Positions 1-20,077 of a stretch of DNA of 64,000 nucleotides are shown in pieces; the stretch's first letter is position 1; every line of letters begins with the position of its first letter. The position numbers and the translations under genes are program-made. Source of the stretch: Eledone cirrhosa. Lineage: Eukaryota. The notes under the pieces were generated by a model. It did no database searches. It was not told the origin of the DNA and saw only the letters and a program-made list of their open reading frames with translations. The stretch lies in contig CAXHJY010000338.1 in assembly GCA_964016885.1 (NCBI GenBank), positions 1 through 64,000 of the forward strand, given 5' to 3'.

Positions 1-1371
1 GTAGATTACTTCCCTTGCTTTTGTCGAGAATCTAATTGTAATACGTGACGTATTCTATTCTATAGCGATTAGGTCTTCAAAATGTTTATTATAAACATAC
101 AGAATATTTTCGAATATTCTATGTCTATATTCACATATATATCGCTATTTCAGAGCATTTATTCCAATTTCTAATTTCTGCCGGACCGGCAACCGCTCTT
201 TCAAACCAGTTCCTGTACACAGCTAAGTATTCTATAAGTCTCTAGCTGTGTCATTCTCGATAAAAGCACTGGATATGTAGTCCTGAAGATTTCTAATAAG
301 AATGAAACGCGTAGATTACTTCCCTTGCTTTTGTCGAGAATCTAATTGTAATACGTGACGTATTCTATTCTATAGCGATTAGGTCTTCAAAATGTTTATT
401 ATAAACATACAGAATATTTTCGAATATTCTATGTCTATATTCACATATATATCGCTATTTCAGAGCATTTATTCCAATTTCTAATTTCTGCCGGACCGGC
501 AACCGCTCTTTCAAACCAGTTCCTGTACACAGCTAAGTATTCTATAAGTCTCTAGCTGTGTCATTCTCGATAAAAGCACTGGATATGTAGTCCTGAAGAT
601 TTCTAATAAGAATGAAACGCGTAGATTACTTCCCTTGCTTTTGTCGAGAATCTAATTGTAATACGTGACGTATTCTATTCTATAGCGATTAGGTCTTCAA
701 AATGTTTATTATAAACATACAGAATATTTTCGAATATTCTATGTCTATATTCACATATATATCGCTATTTCAGAGCATTTATTCCAATTTCTAATTTCTG
801 CCGGACCGGCAACCGCTCTTTCAAACCAGTTCCTGTACACAGCTAAGTATTCTATAAGTCTCTAGCTGTGTCATTCTCGATAAAAGCACTGGATATGTAG
901 TCCTGAAGATTTCTAATAAGAATGAAACGCGTAGATTACTTCCCTTGCTTTTGTCGAGAATCTAATTGTAATACGTGACGTATTCTATTCTATAGCGATT
1001 AGGTCTTCAAAATGTTTATTATAAACATACAGAATATTTTCGAATATTCTATGTCTATATTCACATATATATCGCTATTTCAGAGCATTTATTCCAATTT
1101 CTAATTTCTGCCGGACCGGCAACCGCTCTTTCAAACCAGTTCCTGTACACAGCTAAGTATTCTATAAGTCTCTAGCTGTGTCATTCTCGATAAAAGCACT
1201 GGATATGTAGTCCTGAAGATTTCTAATAAGAATGAAACGCGTAGATTACTTCCCTTGCTTTTGTCGAGAATCTAATTGTAATACGTGACGTATTCTATTC
1301 TATAGCGATTAGGTCTTCAAAATGTTTATTATAAACATACAGAATATTTTCGAATATTCTATGTCTATATT

Positions 1372-1380
<9 letters not shown>
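1..1380 (+). mobile_element. Tandem array of a 310-bp unit, one hammerhead ribozyme per unit (candidate non-LTR retrozyme / PLE pLTR array, family A)
   Basis: Units start at 1, 311, 621, 931 and 1241 and appear identical. The array runs off the window start and ends at an internal atatatat that merges into (TA)n. Confidence 0.85.
277..319 (+). ncRNA. Minimal type I hammerhead ribozyme (repeated at 587-629, 897-939, 1207-1249)
   Basis: gtagtc-CTGAAGA-t-ttct(aata)agaa-t-GAAA-cgcg-TA-gattac. Stem I gtagtc/gattac, stem II ttct/agaa, palindromic stem III ACGCGT, predicted cleavage after GUA at 313. Confidence 0.85.
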
Positions 1381-1409
<29 letters not shown>

Positions 1410-1426
1410 TATATATATATATATGC

Positions 1427-1460
<34 letters not shown>

Positions 1461-1555
1461 GCATATATATATATAAATATATATATATATATGCATATAT
1501 ATATATATATATATGCATATATATACATATATATATGCATATATATATATATATA

Positions 1556-1620
<65 letters not shown>

Positions 1621-1933
1621 GTATATGTATATATATGTATATATATATATGTATATATATATATATGTATGTATGTATAAATATATATGTATATATATAT
1701 ATGTATATATATATATGTATAAATATATATGTATATATATATATGTATATATATATATGTATATATATATATGTATATATATATATGTATAAATATATAT
1801 GTATATATATATATATGTATATATATATATGTATATATATATATGTATATATATATGTATATATATATATATGTATATATATATGTATGTATATATATAT
1901 ATATGTATGTATATGTATATATATATATATATG

Positions 1934-1979
<46 letters not shown>

Positions 1980-2582
1980 TATATGTATGTATATATAAAT
2001 ATGTATATATATATATGTATATGTATATATATGTATATATATATATGTATATGTATATATATTTATATATATATATGTATATATATATATGTATATATAT
2101 ATATGTATATATATATATGTATATATATATGTATATATATATGTATATATATATATATGTGTATATATATGTATATATATATGTATATATATATAAGTAT
2201 ATATATATGTATATATATATATATGTATATCTATATGTATATATATATGTATATGTATATATATATATGTATATATATATATGTATATATATATGTATAT
2301 ATATATGTAATTGTATATATATATGTATATATATATGTATTTATATATATGTATTTATATATATATATGTATATATATATGTATTTATATATATATATAT
2401 GTATATATATATACATATATATATATATACATATATATATATAAATACATATATATATATACATATATATATATAAATACATATATATAAATACATATAT
2501 ATACATATATATATACATATATATATACATATATATATACATATATATACATATACATATATATATATACATATATATATAC

Positions 2583-2613
<31 letters not shown>

Positions 2614-3264
2614 CATATATATATATATACATATATATATATACATATATATACATATATACATATATATATACATATACATATACATATATATATACAT
2701 ATATATATATACATATATATATATACATATATACATATATATATATACATATATATATATACATATATACATATACATATATATATATACATATACATAT
2801 ATATACATATATATATATACATATATATACATATACATATATATATATACATATTTATATATATACATACATATATATATATATACATATTTATATATAC
2901 ATACATATATATATATATACATATATATATATACATATATACATATATATATATACATATATACATATATATATATATACATATATATATATACATATAT
3001 ATACATATATACATATATATATACATATACATATACATATATATATACATATATATATATACATATATATATATACATATATACATATACATATATATAT
3101 ATACATATACATATATATACATATATATATATACATATATATACATATACATATATATATATACATATTTATATATACATATACATATATATATATACAT
3201 ATTTATATATACATATATATATATATATATACATATATATATACATATATATATATACATATAT
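1381..3264. repeat. Compound (TA)n microsatellite with TGCA, TATG then TACA interruptions
   Basis: Direct reading; polarity of the interruptions flips near 2410. Confidence 0.95.
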
Positions 3265-3693
3265 GTAGGAGGTGAATTTTATTGTAGTACAATAAAGCAA
3301 TGCAGATATCGGATAAGAAGCACTCTACAGTTTGTAGGACTGGAGTATACATAATATAAGATCAAAAGATGGTTAAAGGAGTTTCATGTATTTTATTATG
3401 CGCATTTCAAAAACAATTATCATCATGCAATAATATTTGTGTTTTCATCAGATAAAACAGGAGAACATGATATGAAGGCTAAAAAACACTTGTGGATAGT
3501 GCAGTTTTAAATCAACATATCATATATGTTGATTTAAAACTGCACTATCCACAAGTGTTTTTTAGCCTTCATATCATGTTCTCCTGTTTTATCTGATGAA
3601 AACACAAATATTATTGCATGATGATGTTTGTTTTTGAAATGCGCATAATAAAATACATGGAACTCCTTTAACCATCTTTTGATCTTATATTAT
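3265..3693. mobile_element. Inverted pair of PLE-type pLTR fragments (170-bp arms 3351-3520 / 3524-3693), each with an HHR
   Basis: Near-perfect palindrome with a 3-nt spacer and an unpaired 86-bp tail at 3265-3350. Confidence 0.8.
3587..3653 (+). ncRNA. Type I hammerhead ribozyme (inverted twin on - strand at 3391-3457)
   Basis: ttttat-CTGATGA-long AT-rich stem II-GAAA-tgcgca-TA-ataaaa; stem III palindrome ATGCGCAT. Confidence 0.8.
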
Positions 3694-4293
3694 ATACATA
3701 TATCTGTGACTAATCCCGGTTTTTTTCATAAAAACTGTGATAATTATTGCTATTTTGCTGAACTCCTTTGTAGAGTTTTTTTTTCAGAATGTATTTGACT
3801 GCTATTTCTTGTAAATAAACATTCACTTCCATCCTGACGTCACTAGCCCCGTTTTTTCCTCATGTGCTTTTTCATAAATACACATGAAGGCGAACTAGCC
3901 AGTTTTAGAATTCCCTTTTTCGGATTATATTACTGTGAGAGCCCTGGTTTTCTGTTGAGCTCTGCTGATGATTGTAATTCCAACCGTGACCATCTCCACT
4001 GAAAGTTTTCATGAAATAGCCTTTTAAGACTATACAGAGCATTTGATGTTATTCCAAATTGAAGGATAAGTGTTTCAAACTTTATTTTATCATGAGTTAA
4101 AGGTCTATAGATTTTCCCTGGATTTTACTAAATTCTGTGGATGAATTTATATCCTGATTCTCTTTTGAGATGAGTTTGAGTTATTTTTCCTAAATCTTTC
4201 GTTAACTACTTTTCCCATCTTGACGTTATAGTCGCATATATGTTATAGAATGCCGTTAGCTTCTTGCTAAAACAATCTCTATACCTCTCATTA

Positions 4294-4627
4294 ATATATA
4301 TATACACATATATATATACATATATATACATATATATATATTCATATATACATATATACATATATATATATACATATATATATATATACATATATATATA
4401 TACATATATATATACATATACATATATATATATAAATATATATACATATATATATATACATATATATACATATATATACATATATATATATACATATATA
4501 TACATATACATATATATATATACATATATACATATATACATATATACATATATATATATATACATATATATATACGTATATATATATACATATATATACA
4601 TATATAATACATATATACATAGATACA

Positions 4628-4659
<32 letters not shown>

Positions 4660-4664
4660 ATACA

Positions 4665-4720
<56 letters not shown>

Positions 4721-4723
4721 CAC

Positions 4724-4754
<31 letters not shown>

Positions 4755-4997
4755 CATATATATAGATATACATATATATATATATATACATATATACATA
4801 TATATATATATATTTACATATATATAGATATACATATATATATACATATATATAGATATACATATATATATATACATATATATATATACATATATATATA
4901 TACATATATATATACATATATATATACATATATATATACATATATATATACATATATATATATACATATATATATATACATATATATATATACATAC

Positions 4998-5079
<82 letters not shown>

Positions 5080-5096
5080 ACATATATATATACACA

Positions 5097-5128
<32 letters not shown>

Positions 5129-5129
5129 C

Positions 5130-5176
<47 letters not shown>

Positions 5177-5177
5177 C

Positions 5178-5256
<79 letters not shown>

Positions 5257-5257
5257 C

Positions 5258-5310
<53 letters not shown>
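4294..5310. repeat. Compound (TA)n/(TACA) microsatellite
   Basis: Direct reading. Confidence 0.95.
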
Positions 5311-6088
<778 letters not shown>

Positions 6089-6104
6089 ATATATATACAT
6101 AGAC

Positions 6105-6167
<63 letters not shown>

Positions 6168-6284
6168 CATATACATATATATATACATATACATATATAT
6201 ATACATATACATATATATATATATATACATATATATATACACATATATATATACATATACATATATATATATATATATACACAC

Positions 6285-6319
<35 letters not shown>

Positions 6320-6450
6320 CATATATATATATACATATATATATACATACATATATATATACATATATATATACATATATACATATATATATATATATAC
6401 ATATATATACACACATATATATATATATATATATATACATATATATATAC

Positions 6451-6485
<35 letters not shown>

Positions 6486-6528
6486 CATATATATACATAC
6501 ATATATATATATACATATAAATATATAC

Positions 6529-6575
<47 letters not shown>

Positions 6576-6602
6576 CATATATACATATATATATATATAT
6601 AC

Positions 6603-6649
<47 letters not shown>

Positions 6650-6802
6650 CATATACACATATATAAATATACATATATATATATATATACATATACACAT
6701 ATATATATACATATATATACATACATATATATATATACATATACACATATATATATACATATATATATATATACATATATATACATACATATATATATAT
6801 AC

Positions 6803-6841
<39 letters not shown>

Positions 6842-6862
6842 CATATATATACATATATATAT

Positions 6863-7029
6863 GGTGGCTGCCAACTCGTTTTCGAGCACAGCCACTACTT
6901 TATATCCATGTAGGAGAACCCCTACCGATGCGCTGAACAAGTGTGACTTTTTAGTCCAGCCAGCGACTTGAAAACTCTGGTACAAACACTACACTTGTGA
7001 CAATTATTGACACATAGTGCTGGGCCCAT
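6863..7029 (-). mobile_element. 3' fragment of an RTE-like LINE derivative
   Basis: Encodes [17 protein letters not shown], resembling the RTE C-terminal Zn-finger-like motif; homologous to 31588-31750 and 54730-54897. Confidence 0.65.
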
Positions 7030-7219
7030 ATATACATATATATACATACATATATATACATATATATATATACATATATATATATACATATATATATACA
7101 TACATATATATATATACATATATATACACACATATATATATATACATATATATACATACATATATATATATACATATATATACATACATATATATATAAA
7201 TATATATATATACATATAC

Positions 7220-7312
<93 letters not shown>

Positions 7313-7363
7313 CATATATATATATACATATACATATATATATATACATATATATATACATAC

Positions 7364-7430
<67 letters not shown>

Positions 7431-7797
7431 CATATATATATATACATATATATATATACATATATATATACATATATATATATACATATATATATATACA
7501 TATATATATATACATATATATATATACATATATATATATACATATATATATACATATATATATACATATATATATATATACATATATATATATACATATA
7601 TATATATACATATATATACATATATATACATATATATATATATACATATATACATAAATATATATATATATACACATATATATATATATACATATATATA
7701 TATACATATACATATATACACATATATATATATACATATACATATATACATATATATATGAAGTATAAGAATCAAAGAACTGTTCAAAACATTATTG

Positions 7798-7844
7798 TGC
7801 TTACAGCTGTTTCCTCCAAACCGAGGTTTGGATTCTTCGGAGCA
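7798..7844 (-). ncRNA. Hammerhead ribozyme, core variant CCGAAGA
   Basis: Minus strand: tgct-CCGAAGA-a-tccaaac(ctcg)gtttgga-g-GAAA-cagctg-TA-agca; stem III palindrome ACAGCTGT. Confidence 0.7.
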
Positions 7845-9287
7845 ATTTATTAATGCATGGACAGTTATATGACCTCCTTTTCAGCCGAGAGACATACCAA
7901 CACATATTCAAACATTGATACATATTCAAACATTGTGGGTCAACATTCATTACAGAATTTAGAGTGGCAGTACACACTTCGAGATTACATTTATATTAAT
8001 AGGTACAATCAAAAATCAAAGATATAGGTTAAAGTACAACATGAAGATAAGTGGTTATATAGTGCAAATGTTATATGTGTGGCACGCATGTGCGTCTTGT
8101 TTATATAGTGTGGCAGAGAGATATGTGTGGTAGAGGCACTTAGGTAGGTAAATAAGAGTGTTAGGTTGGTAGATCTGGTGGCAAAGTCTTTATATGATTG
8201 ATATAGTCTGTGTGTGGAGAAATATTATAAGCATTAAAGATAGTGCAAGCATTAAAAGTGTTATAAGTATTGGAGATGCACAGCGCAGGGATGTCAAGTA
8301 ATTCATGTACTTCGGCATTTTCATGGTCAAGGGAGTGTATATTTCGATTATATGCCTTTCACATAATCCACGACAATCCAGTTAGAGATCGTAGTCTGGT
8401 GTTCTTTAGTTCGATACAGGAGGTTGTTACGTTTCGAGAGACTCCATTGAATACCGGAAGTGTGTGTGTGGCTAAGGGGAGTTAATGCATGCGGGGAGGT
8501 AACTCTGGGGTTTCTATATCTAGCCATTAAAATGTGTCCCAATATAGACCCTAAATTCTATGGTGAGGTGCACCTTCCAAGAGAGACTTTTAAAGCATAA
8601 AGTGTACTAACTATAGAGTAGTTTAACTAAATTATGCTGAAGGTGATCATATTATTATTAAGGTGGATTAACCCATCTTAAGGTGCTACAAATGGAAATT
8701 ATAGATGATGAGCGAGGATTCTAAATTAATGATCTCTGTGGTTGTAGTCTGCTCATATGATCAGGCGCGGTGATTGCAGGATTGCTTCAGGACCCAATGA
8801 TCTCTGGTAAGATCTGGGTCATCGCTTGCTACATTGGATGTCGAAAGATAATCGTCCCCAGGCAGGCCAAAGGTCAATCCGCAGTCCTCGCGACCCCTCT
8901 CTGACCGTCAGATCATCCATATACGTACAACCCGCACGGCAGTTGCATTGCATTCACTCACTGCGCTCAGCAGCCCGGTCCTACTGGTCAACAGCGCTAC
9001 TCGATTAAATCATTTTACATCTGTCTAAGGAAGGTGTTTCCTCTGCCCAACACCATCCAACCGATCAATTCATGCTCAAATTACCCTTAGAGCGGTGTAG
9101 TGCCGTCCAGGTGGGTGGATGTTGTCACACCTGCCGTAGAGGTATAAATGGGTATTTTCCCTGCGAAGGGTTCCAGAGGGATGTCGTTGTTTGTGTTATA
9201 ATGGATCAGCTAGTGTTGGGTATGTAGTATAGGGTGTGTCTCTGGTGTTTGATGCTAGATGTGGTGTTAGGTTCCAGTCCGACATTG

Positions 9288-10913
9288 CTATATATAGGGC
9301 TTAAAGTTTTGGAAGGAATGTCTGAGGCGGTGCTGGCAAGTTGCAAACACCTCAGATTTTTTGTTAAGTAGGTTACGGTTGGAGAAGATAATATTGTGTG
9401 TCTCTAGTATACAGAGGTTACAGAATTTATTAGGTGGTTTGTACGAGGTCGCGCTGCCTATCACTTCCCATTTGAGTGTGTATGGTTTATTTTTAGATTT
9501 TAGATAGTGTATGTAGCTAGAAAGTGAGGTGGAGTTGGCTAGGCTGTGCTTTTTGAACGAGTGGATGTGCGAGTTATATCTAATTTTGAAGCAGTTAGAA
9601 GTGGAGCCTACATAGGTTTCTGAAGAGTTATTAGTCGTGACTGTGCATGAGTATATGACATCCCTGGTTAGGCATTTTTTATCTAAAGGGCAGGTTCTAT
9701 TAGCTCTACAGTTACAATTATTCTGTGCGTTAGTCCGCTGGTTATAATGCAATGCGGAAGTCTGTGTGGTGGATATAGGATTTTGGGTGTTCAGGTTGAC
9801 AACCCTGGTGTTATTACTTATACTAGTGCTATTTCTATTGTTACTGCCGTTGCTATTGTTGCTTGCTACAGTGGTATTTAGAGGGTTTGCATCCCGTTGT
9901 GATTTTGTTTGTTGGAAGTAAGAACTAATTTTACTATTATTGCTGCTAGCTATGTGGTATGCTAAGTTAGGCGTCGTAGAGTATGAGATTTTAATGGTGT
10001 TTTTGTTTAAGAGGTTGTGGTACTTGTGTCCTAGAGGGAAGTTTTTATCTAGTAGTGAGAAGAAAGCCCTAGGTATGTTGGTGGAGACATTTAGGTTGAA
10101 AGGAGGGTTGAAAAATGTATTATTTCTTCTTCTATTTTTGCTTTTAGTGTTTGGTGTGTTGCTTCCTCCTAAGGCCTCACAGTAGTTTCCATGGTAATGG
10201 TTACTTCCGGTGGCACCCTCCGCTTTGGTGTACTTGTGGTTGCTATTCCTATTATTAGATTTCCTCATGGACATGTTGTGCGAGATGATGTTGTAGCTAT
10301 GTGTTTTCTTAGGTAGGAACTCTATTTCTATATTATGGCCGGAGCTAGCTAATGCTTGATTGTAATATTGTGAGTTTTTGCTAAATATGTTTGCGTCATA
10401 GGACAGACTAGAGATTCTATTGGACACCCCCTTAGAGATAGAGTTTAATATTGATCTAGGGTGATTAGACTTGGTATCTACGTAAATAAGTTTCTCATTA
10501 GGCTTATGGAAAGGTGTATATATTTTTGAGTCTAGGTATAGTGTGGCGTCTAGGAAGTTAACATTTTTAGTGTTTTTGTCCATGGTGATACTAAGGTTAA
10601 AGTTTTTGAATGTCTTATGCAGTTGTTTTCTAGTTCTTTCTATATTAAATTTTTTATATTCTATGAGTAGAAGTGCATCATCGCGGTACAAACCACCGTT
10701 GAGGTAAGGGAGGTCTTTATGGATTTCAATGAGGAGGTATAGGCCGACCAAATCAGTGACCTGCGCCGAGTCACTAGATCCCATGGTTATGTCGAAGTTG
10801 TTGTGCGTATCCTTGCGTGTCCATAGTTGGTCCTCGAAGGTGATTATGGTTTTACGGGCCGCAAGGATGACATCAACCTGGGCTCTAGTCAGGTCGCTAT
10901 TGGTCATGGCCAT
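9288..10913 (-). CDS. PLE reverse transcriptase (C-terminal half) plus GIY-YIG endonuclease, N-terminally truncated
   Basis: Motifs ITMGS, GLYRDD, NFLD, HKPN..SNHP, NPPF, CNC...CPL..C, VIY..YVGST, CNLC..E and LNKKSE...C.H over 541 uninterrupted codons. Confidence 0.88.
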   Translation of the reverse strand: MAMTNSDLTRAQVDVILAARKTIITFEDQLWTRKDTHNNFDITMGSSDSAQVTDLVGLYLLIEIHKDLPYLNGGLYRDDALLLIEYKKFNIERTRKQLHKTFKNFNLSITMDKNTKNVNFLDATLYLDSKIYTPFHKPNEKLIYVDTKSNHPRSILNSISKGVSNRISSLSYDANIFSKNSQYYNQALASSGHNIEIEFLPKKTHSYNIISHNMSMRKSNNRNSNHKYTKAEGATGSNHYHGNYCEALGGSNTPNTKSKNRRRNNTFFNPPFNLNVSTNIPRAFFSLLDKNFPLGHKYHNLLNKNTIKISYSTTPNLAYHIASSNNSKISSYFQQTKSQRDANPLNTTVASNNSNGSNNRNSTSISNNTRVVNLNTQNPISTTQTSALHYNQRTNAQNNCNCRANRTCPLDKKCLTRDVIYSCTVTTNNSSETYVGSTSNCFKIRYNSHIHSFKKHSLANSTSLSSYIHYLKSKNKPYTLKWEVIGSATSYKPPNKFCNLCILETHNIIFSNRNLLNKKSEVFATCQHRLRHSFQNFKPYI

Positions 10914-11108
10914 GATAAGTGCCTTATTTAATAGGATAGGGGAAATAGAGGTGTAGTATGAATTGATATCAAATTGAATAAATTATATATATGTGTATAT
11001 GTATATATATACATATATATATACATATATATACATACATATATATATATACATATACATATATACATATACACATATATATACATATATATATATACAT
11101 ATATATAC

Positions 11109-11142
<34 letters not shown>

Positions 11143-11270
11143 ACATATACATATATATATATATATATATATACATATATATATACACATATATATATAT
11201 ATACATATATATATATACATATATATATATACATATATATATATACATATATATATACATATATATATAC

Positions 11271-11389
<119 letters not shown>

Positions 11390-11440
11390 TATAAATATGT
11401 ATATATATATAAATTTATATATATATATGATATATATGAT

Positions 11441-11885
11441 TCTTCTTCATCATCTGTGCTCTACCAACATGCTAAGATAGAGCACAGGGGTAAATTAGAG
11501 AACATAGAAATAAAAATAGAATCCACACACAGGCAAATTACAGAGGCAGTAAGCATAAAAGAATTACAACCAAAATTAAATAGAAAATATGAGTGGAACA
11601 GCAACATCACAACTTACAATTAAGGACAAAATGAAAACACACACACACATAGAACAAACAACCAACCAACAATAAATAAATAAATAAATAAACAAATAGA
11701 TAAATGAACACAAACACACACAGACACCCGGATGTGGCGCATGCGCAAACTGAGCACACAACACACACACAGAAACAAAAAAAAATGGCGTAGGACAGAA
11801 GAAAGGAAAGGCACAGAAACAAGGAAAGGAATCCCCAGTCACTGAAGAGGTCACAGAGTGTGTGACGAAGGGACTATGACTATAT
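11441..11885 (+). mobile_element. 3' remnant of a PLE: GIY-YIG C-terminus plus degenerate HHR
   Basis: [11 protein letters not shown]...[22 protein letters not shown] (stop 11623). At 11837-11881: agtca-CTGAAGA-g-gtcaca/tgtgac-GAAG-ggac-TA-tgact. Confidence 0.65.
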
Positions 11886-12107
11886 ATAAACAACTATCTG
11901 GTTGTGGAACCAACCAACCAACCAACCAGAAATTTATAAGTTTGTAGATTTGTAAATTTATAAATTTATAAATATATAATAAATTGAAGTGAAAGCAACT
12001 GGTGCGTGTGTTTCTTATTGGCAACATGACCCTCCCAAAGTATAACAATATCGGTTTCAACACACGATTTCAGATAAAGAATCTTGCTAAACAAATTCAG
12101 AAACGAA

Positions 12108-17123
<5,016 letters not shown>

Positions 17124-18638
17124 AAATTCGGTGAGTCCAAGTGTGCATATTTGGCAGTAAAACGTGGAAGAGCTGTGCCATCCTCTAGAAATCTAGAGAT
17201 GAACGGCCTGACAATACAACCTCTGCAGTCAGGTGACAACTACAGATATCTTGGACAGGATGAGAATGTCAGATATGATGGACCCATAAATAAGGAGAGA
17301 ACCAGAACTGAATACCTCAGAAGAGTAAAGAAAATATGGTCATCAGAACTGTCAGCATACAACAAATACATTGCCCACAATACTTATGCTGTGCCAATTC
17401 TAACGCCAACATTTGGCCTACTGAACTGGTCATTGCAAGAACTAAGTGAGATGGATGTTAGAACTCGATAACTTCTCAGTGTTACTGGGAACTTTAACAT
17501 CAATGGTGATGTGGATAGGCTATACTTCTCACGCAAGGAAGGTGGTCGGGGTCTAAAATCAATATTAACAACATATGAGACCCGGATAGTGACACTGAAG
17601 CAACACCTTCAACAGAGGAAAAAGGTTGGCAACCATCTTGCCCAGGTTTATGACCATGAAAAAAGAAATATCATTAGAATAGCGACTGATCTGGAGGAGA
17701 GATATGGAATAAAGCCCGATATAAATCTCTCACCCAGAGAAATCGGAAGATCCTATTCAATGTTCAAACAAGAAAAAAAAATTGACCAATTTACAGAAAA
17801 AGTTGTGCATGGATACTTGAGGCGTAAAACACAGACCATAGAGGGGATAAACCACTCGAAAAGCCTGGCATGGAGTTCCGACAAGTTTATGACATCACAC
17901 CTTGAGGGATATCTCTATGCAATACAGGAACAAGAACTCCCTACCAAATATCTGCTGCACAAAAGAGGAGGGCCAGCAGCTGACAATAAATGTAGGCTAT
18001 GTAAAACAAAGATCGAGGATGTAAGCCACATTGTTGCCAGCTGCGAAAGAATGTCATCTCGCTACTACCTCCCCATGAGACACGATGGGATAGCTAGAAC
18101 CATCTGGAACGCACTTCGGAAAACAAAATTAACAACAAACGAGGAAGAATATATTGAGACAGATGGCACTAAGGAATACTGGTGGAACCTGAAAATAAAA
18201 ACTGCCACCAAATTAAAGCACAACCGGCCTGATATCGTAGTTTGAGACCACACATTGAAAACGTGTTCTGTTGTGGAGATCAGCTGCCCACTTGATGTAA
18301 ACGTTGTCAGAAAAATACAGGAGAAGGAGGACATCTACGGACCATTGATGAGGAGTTTACAAATCCAGTATCCAAGATACACCTTTAGCTTCATACCCAT
18401 CATTATTGGTGCTACGGGTTATATACCAACCCGCTTGGACCAAAGTATGACTGAACTTGGATTTGCGGACAAAAAGCGCAGCTCCCTAATTCATAGTCTA
18501 CAAATGGCTGCGATAGCTGGCACCTTCAAAATTTGCAAAACATTCTTGCGATTCAAGGGATGACAATTTCTTTTCTTATACAACCTTGCCACCAGGAAGG
18601 TGGCCGGTCAAAAAATATACTCAAAATTAAGAGAAAGA
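17124..18638 (+). mobile_element. 5'-truncated RLE-type non-LTR retrotransposon (R4/Dong-like), pseudogenised
   Basis: [25 protein letters not shown] knuckle CRLC...HI...C, RHD and PDIV..E restriction-like endonuclease motifs. In-frame stops at 17469 and 18243; ORF end 18563. Confidence 0.85.
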
Positions 18639-18677
18639 AAAAAAAAGATATATACACATACATATATATATATATGT

Positions 18678-18708
<31 letters not shown>

Positions 18709-18773
18709 CATATATACATATATATATACATATATATACATATATATATACATATATCCATATATATATATAT

Positions 18774-18817
<44 letters not shown>

Positions 18818-19331
18818 TTATATATATATATATATATATATACATGGATTTGTCTGTGTTTGTGTGTGTCTGTATGTGTGTGTGTGTGTGTGTGTGCTTC
18901 TGTGTGTCTGAGTGTCTGTGTACATGTGTGGGTGCCTGAGTGTCTGTGTGCGTGTGTACATGTGTCTGTGTGTGTGTGTGTCCGTGTGTGCCTGAGGGTG
19001 GGTGTATGCGTGGTCTTTCCACCTTGTTTTATTATTTCTTGTTTTTATATTTCAATATCTTTCCAGATGGTGAACAGTCCGCTGTAGATTTAAAATAATG
19101 ATAGTCGGATATTGCTGAAGGGCGTATCCTTGATGGTCACGTGCTCTTTTTTTACCGGTTTGGTTCAGTGACAATGTCATGTAGAATTTCACGCTCCAAT
19201 GAATCTAATTTCATTCCTGAATTTTTTAGAATTTGATTTTTGTGATGGTTTTCTTTTGTTTATTTATTTATATATATATATATACATATACATGTATATC
19301 TATACATATACATGTATACATATACATATAC

Positions 19332-19378
<47 letters not shown>

Positions 19379-19489
19379 TATAAATACATATATATATATA
19401 TATACTTATATATACACATATACATGTATATCTATACATATACATATATATCTATACATCAATATCTATCTATCTACATCTATATCTAT

Positions 19490-19546
<57 letters not shown>

Positions 19547-20077
19547 CATGCAAGCGTGAAATTCAGGGGGTTCGATTAACTGCCAATCTTAATCAATATT
19601 TTCTACTATTTATTTATTTACTCTACACCACACCCCCAAAACGAAAACGAACCAAATTAAATCAAACCGAACCGAACCGAACCAGTGTGGGCGAGTCTTC
19701 TACTTGTTCAGTCCCACATGCCAGAAACACCAACCAAATCCTATCTCGGGAAACCACACTTAAAAAGCCAAAGAAGGAGAAGGGAGCACTACACAATAAT
19801 TGAACGATACTGCGGTATGTCGTGATGCCGGTGTGAGAATGGGTATACTGAATACGTTTGATAAATTGACTCCATTACAGAAAAATACACCGATTGATAA
19901 TTTAAAAAGATCTGTCTTGACCACGTGGAAAAGACCCAACACCACCGCACCCTAGGCCTATAGCCCATCACCATCCCCTTAACATTCTTCTGTGACCCTT
20001 GAGCTCTTGCATTTCTCTTCCTTTTCAGTTTTTATAACCACAAAAGACACTTGCAATTTTTTTTTACAATAAAATAC

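Larger units (their letters stand above)
7760..10950 (-). mobile_element. 5'-truncated Penelope-like retroelement (tentatively Naiad-like) with long 3' region and terminal HHR
   Basis: RT plus GIY-YIG ORF followed 1.45 kb downstream by a same-strand HHR; both ends abut TA microsatellite. Confidence 0.85.

Noticed and set aside
18243-18245. In-frame TGA in the R4/Dong-like ORF as recoding
   Set aside because: Sister copies at 55.4 and 56.2 kb have TGG (Trp), so this is a simple nonsense mutation.
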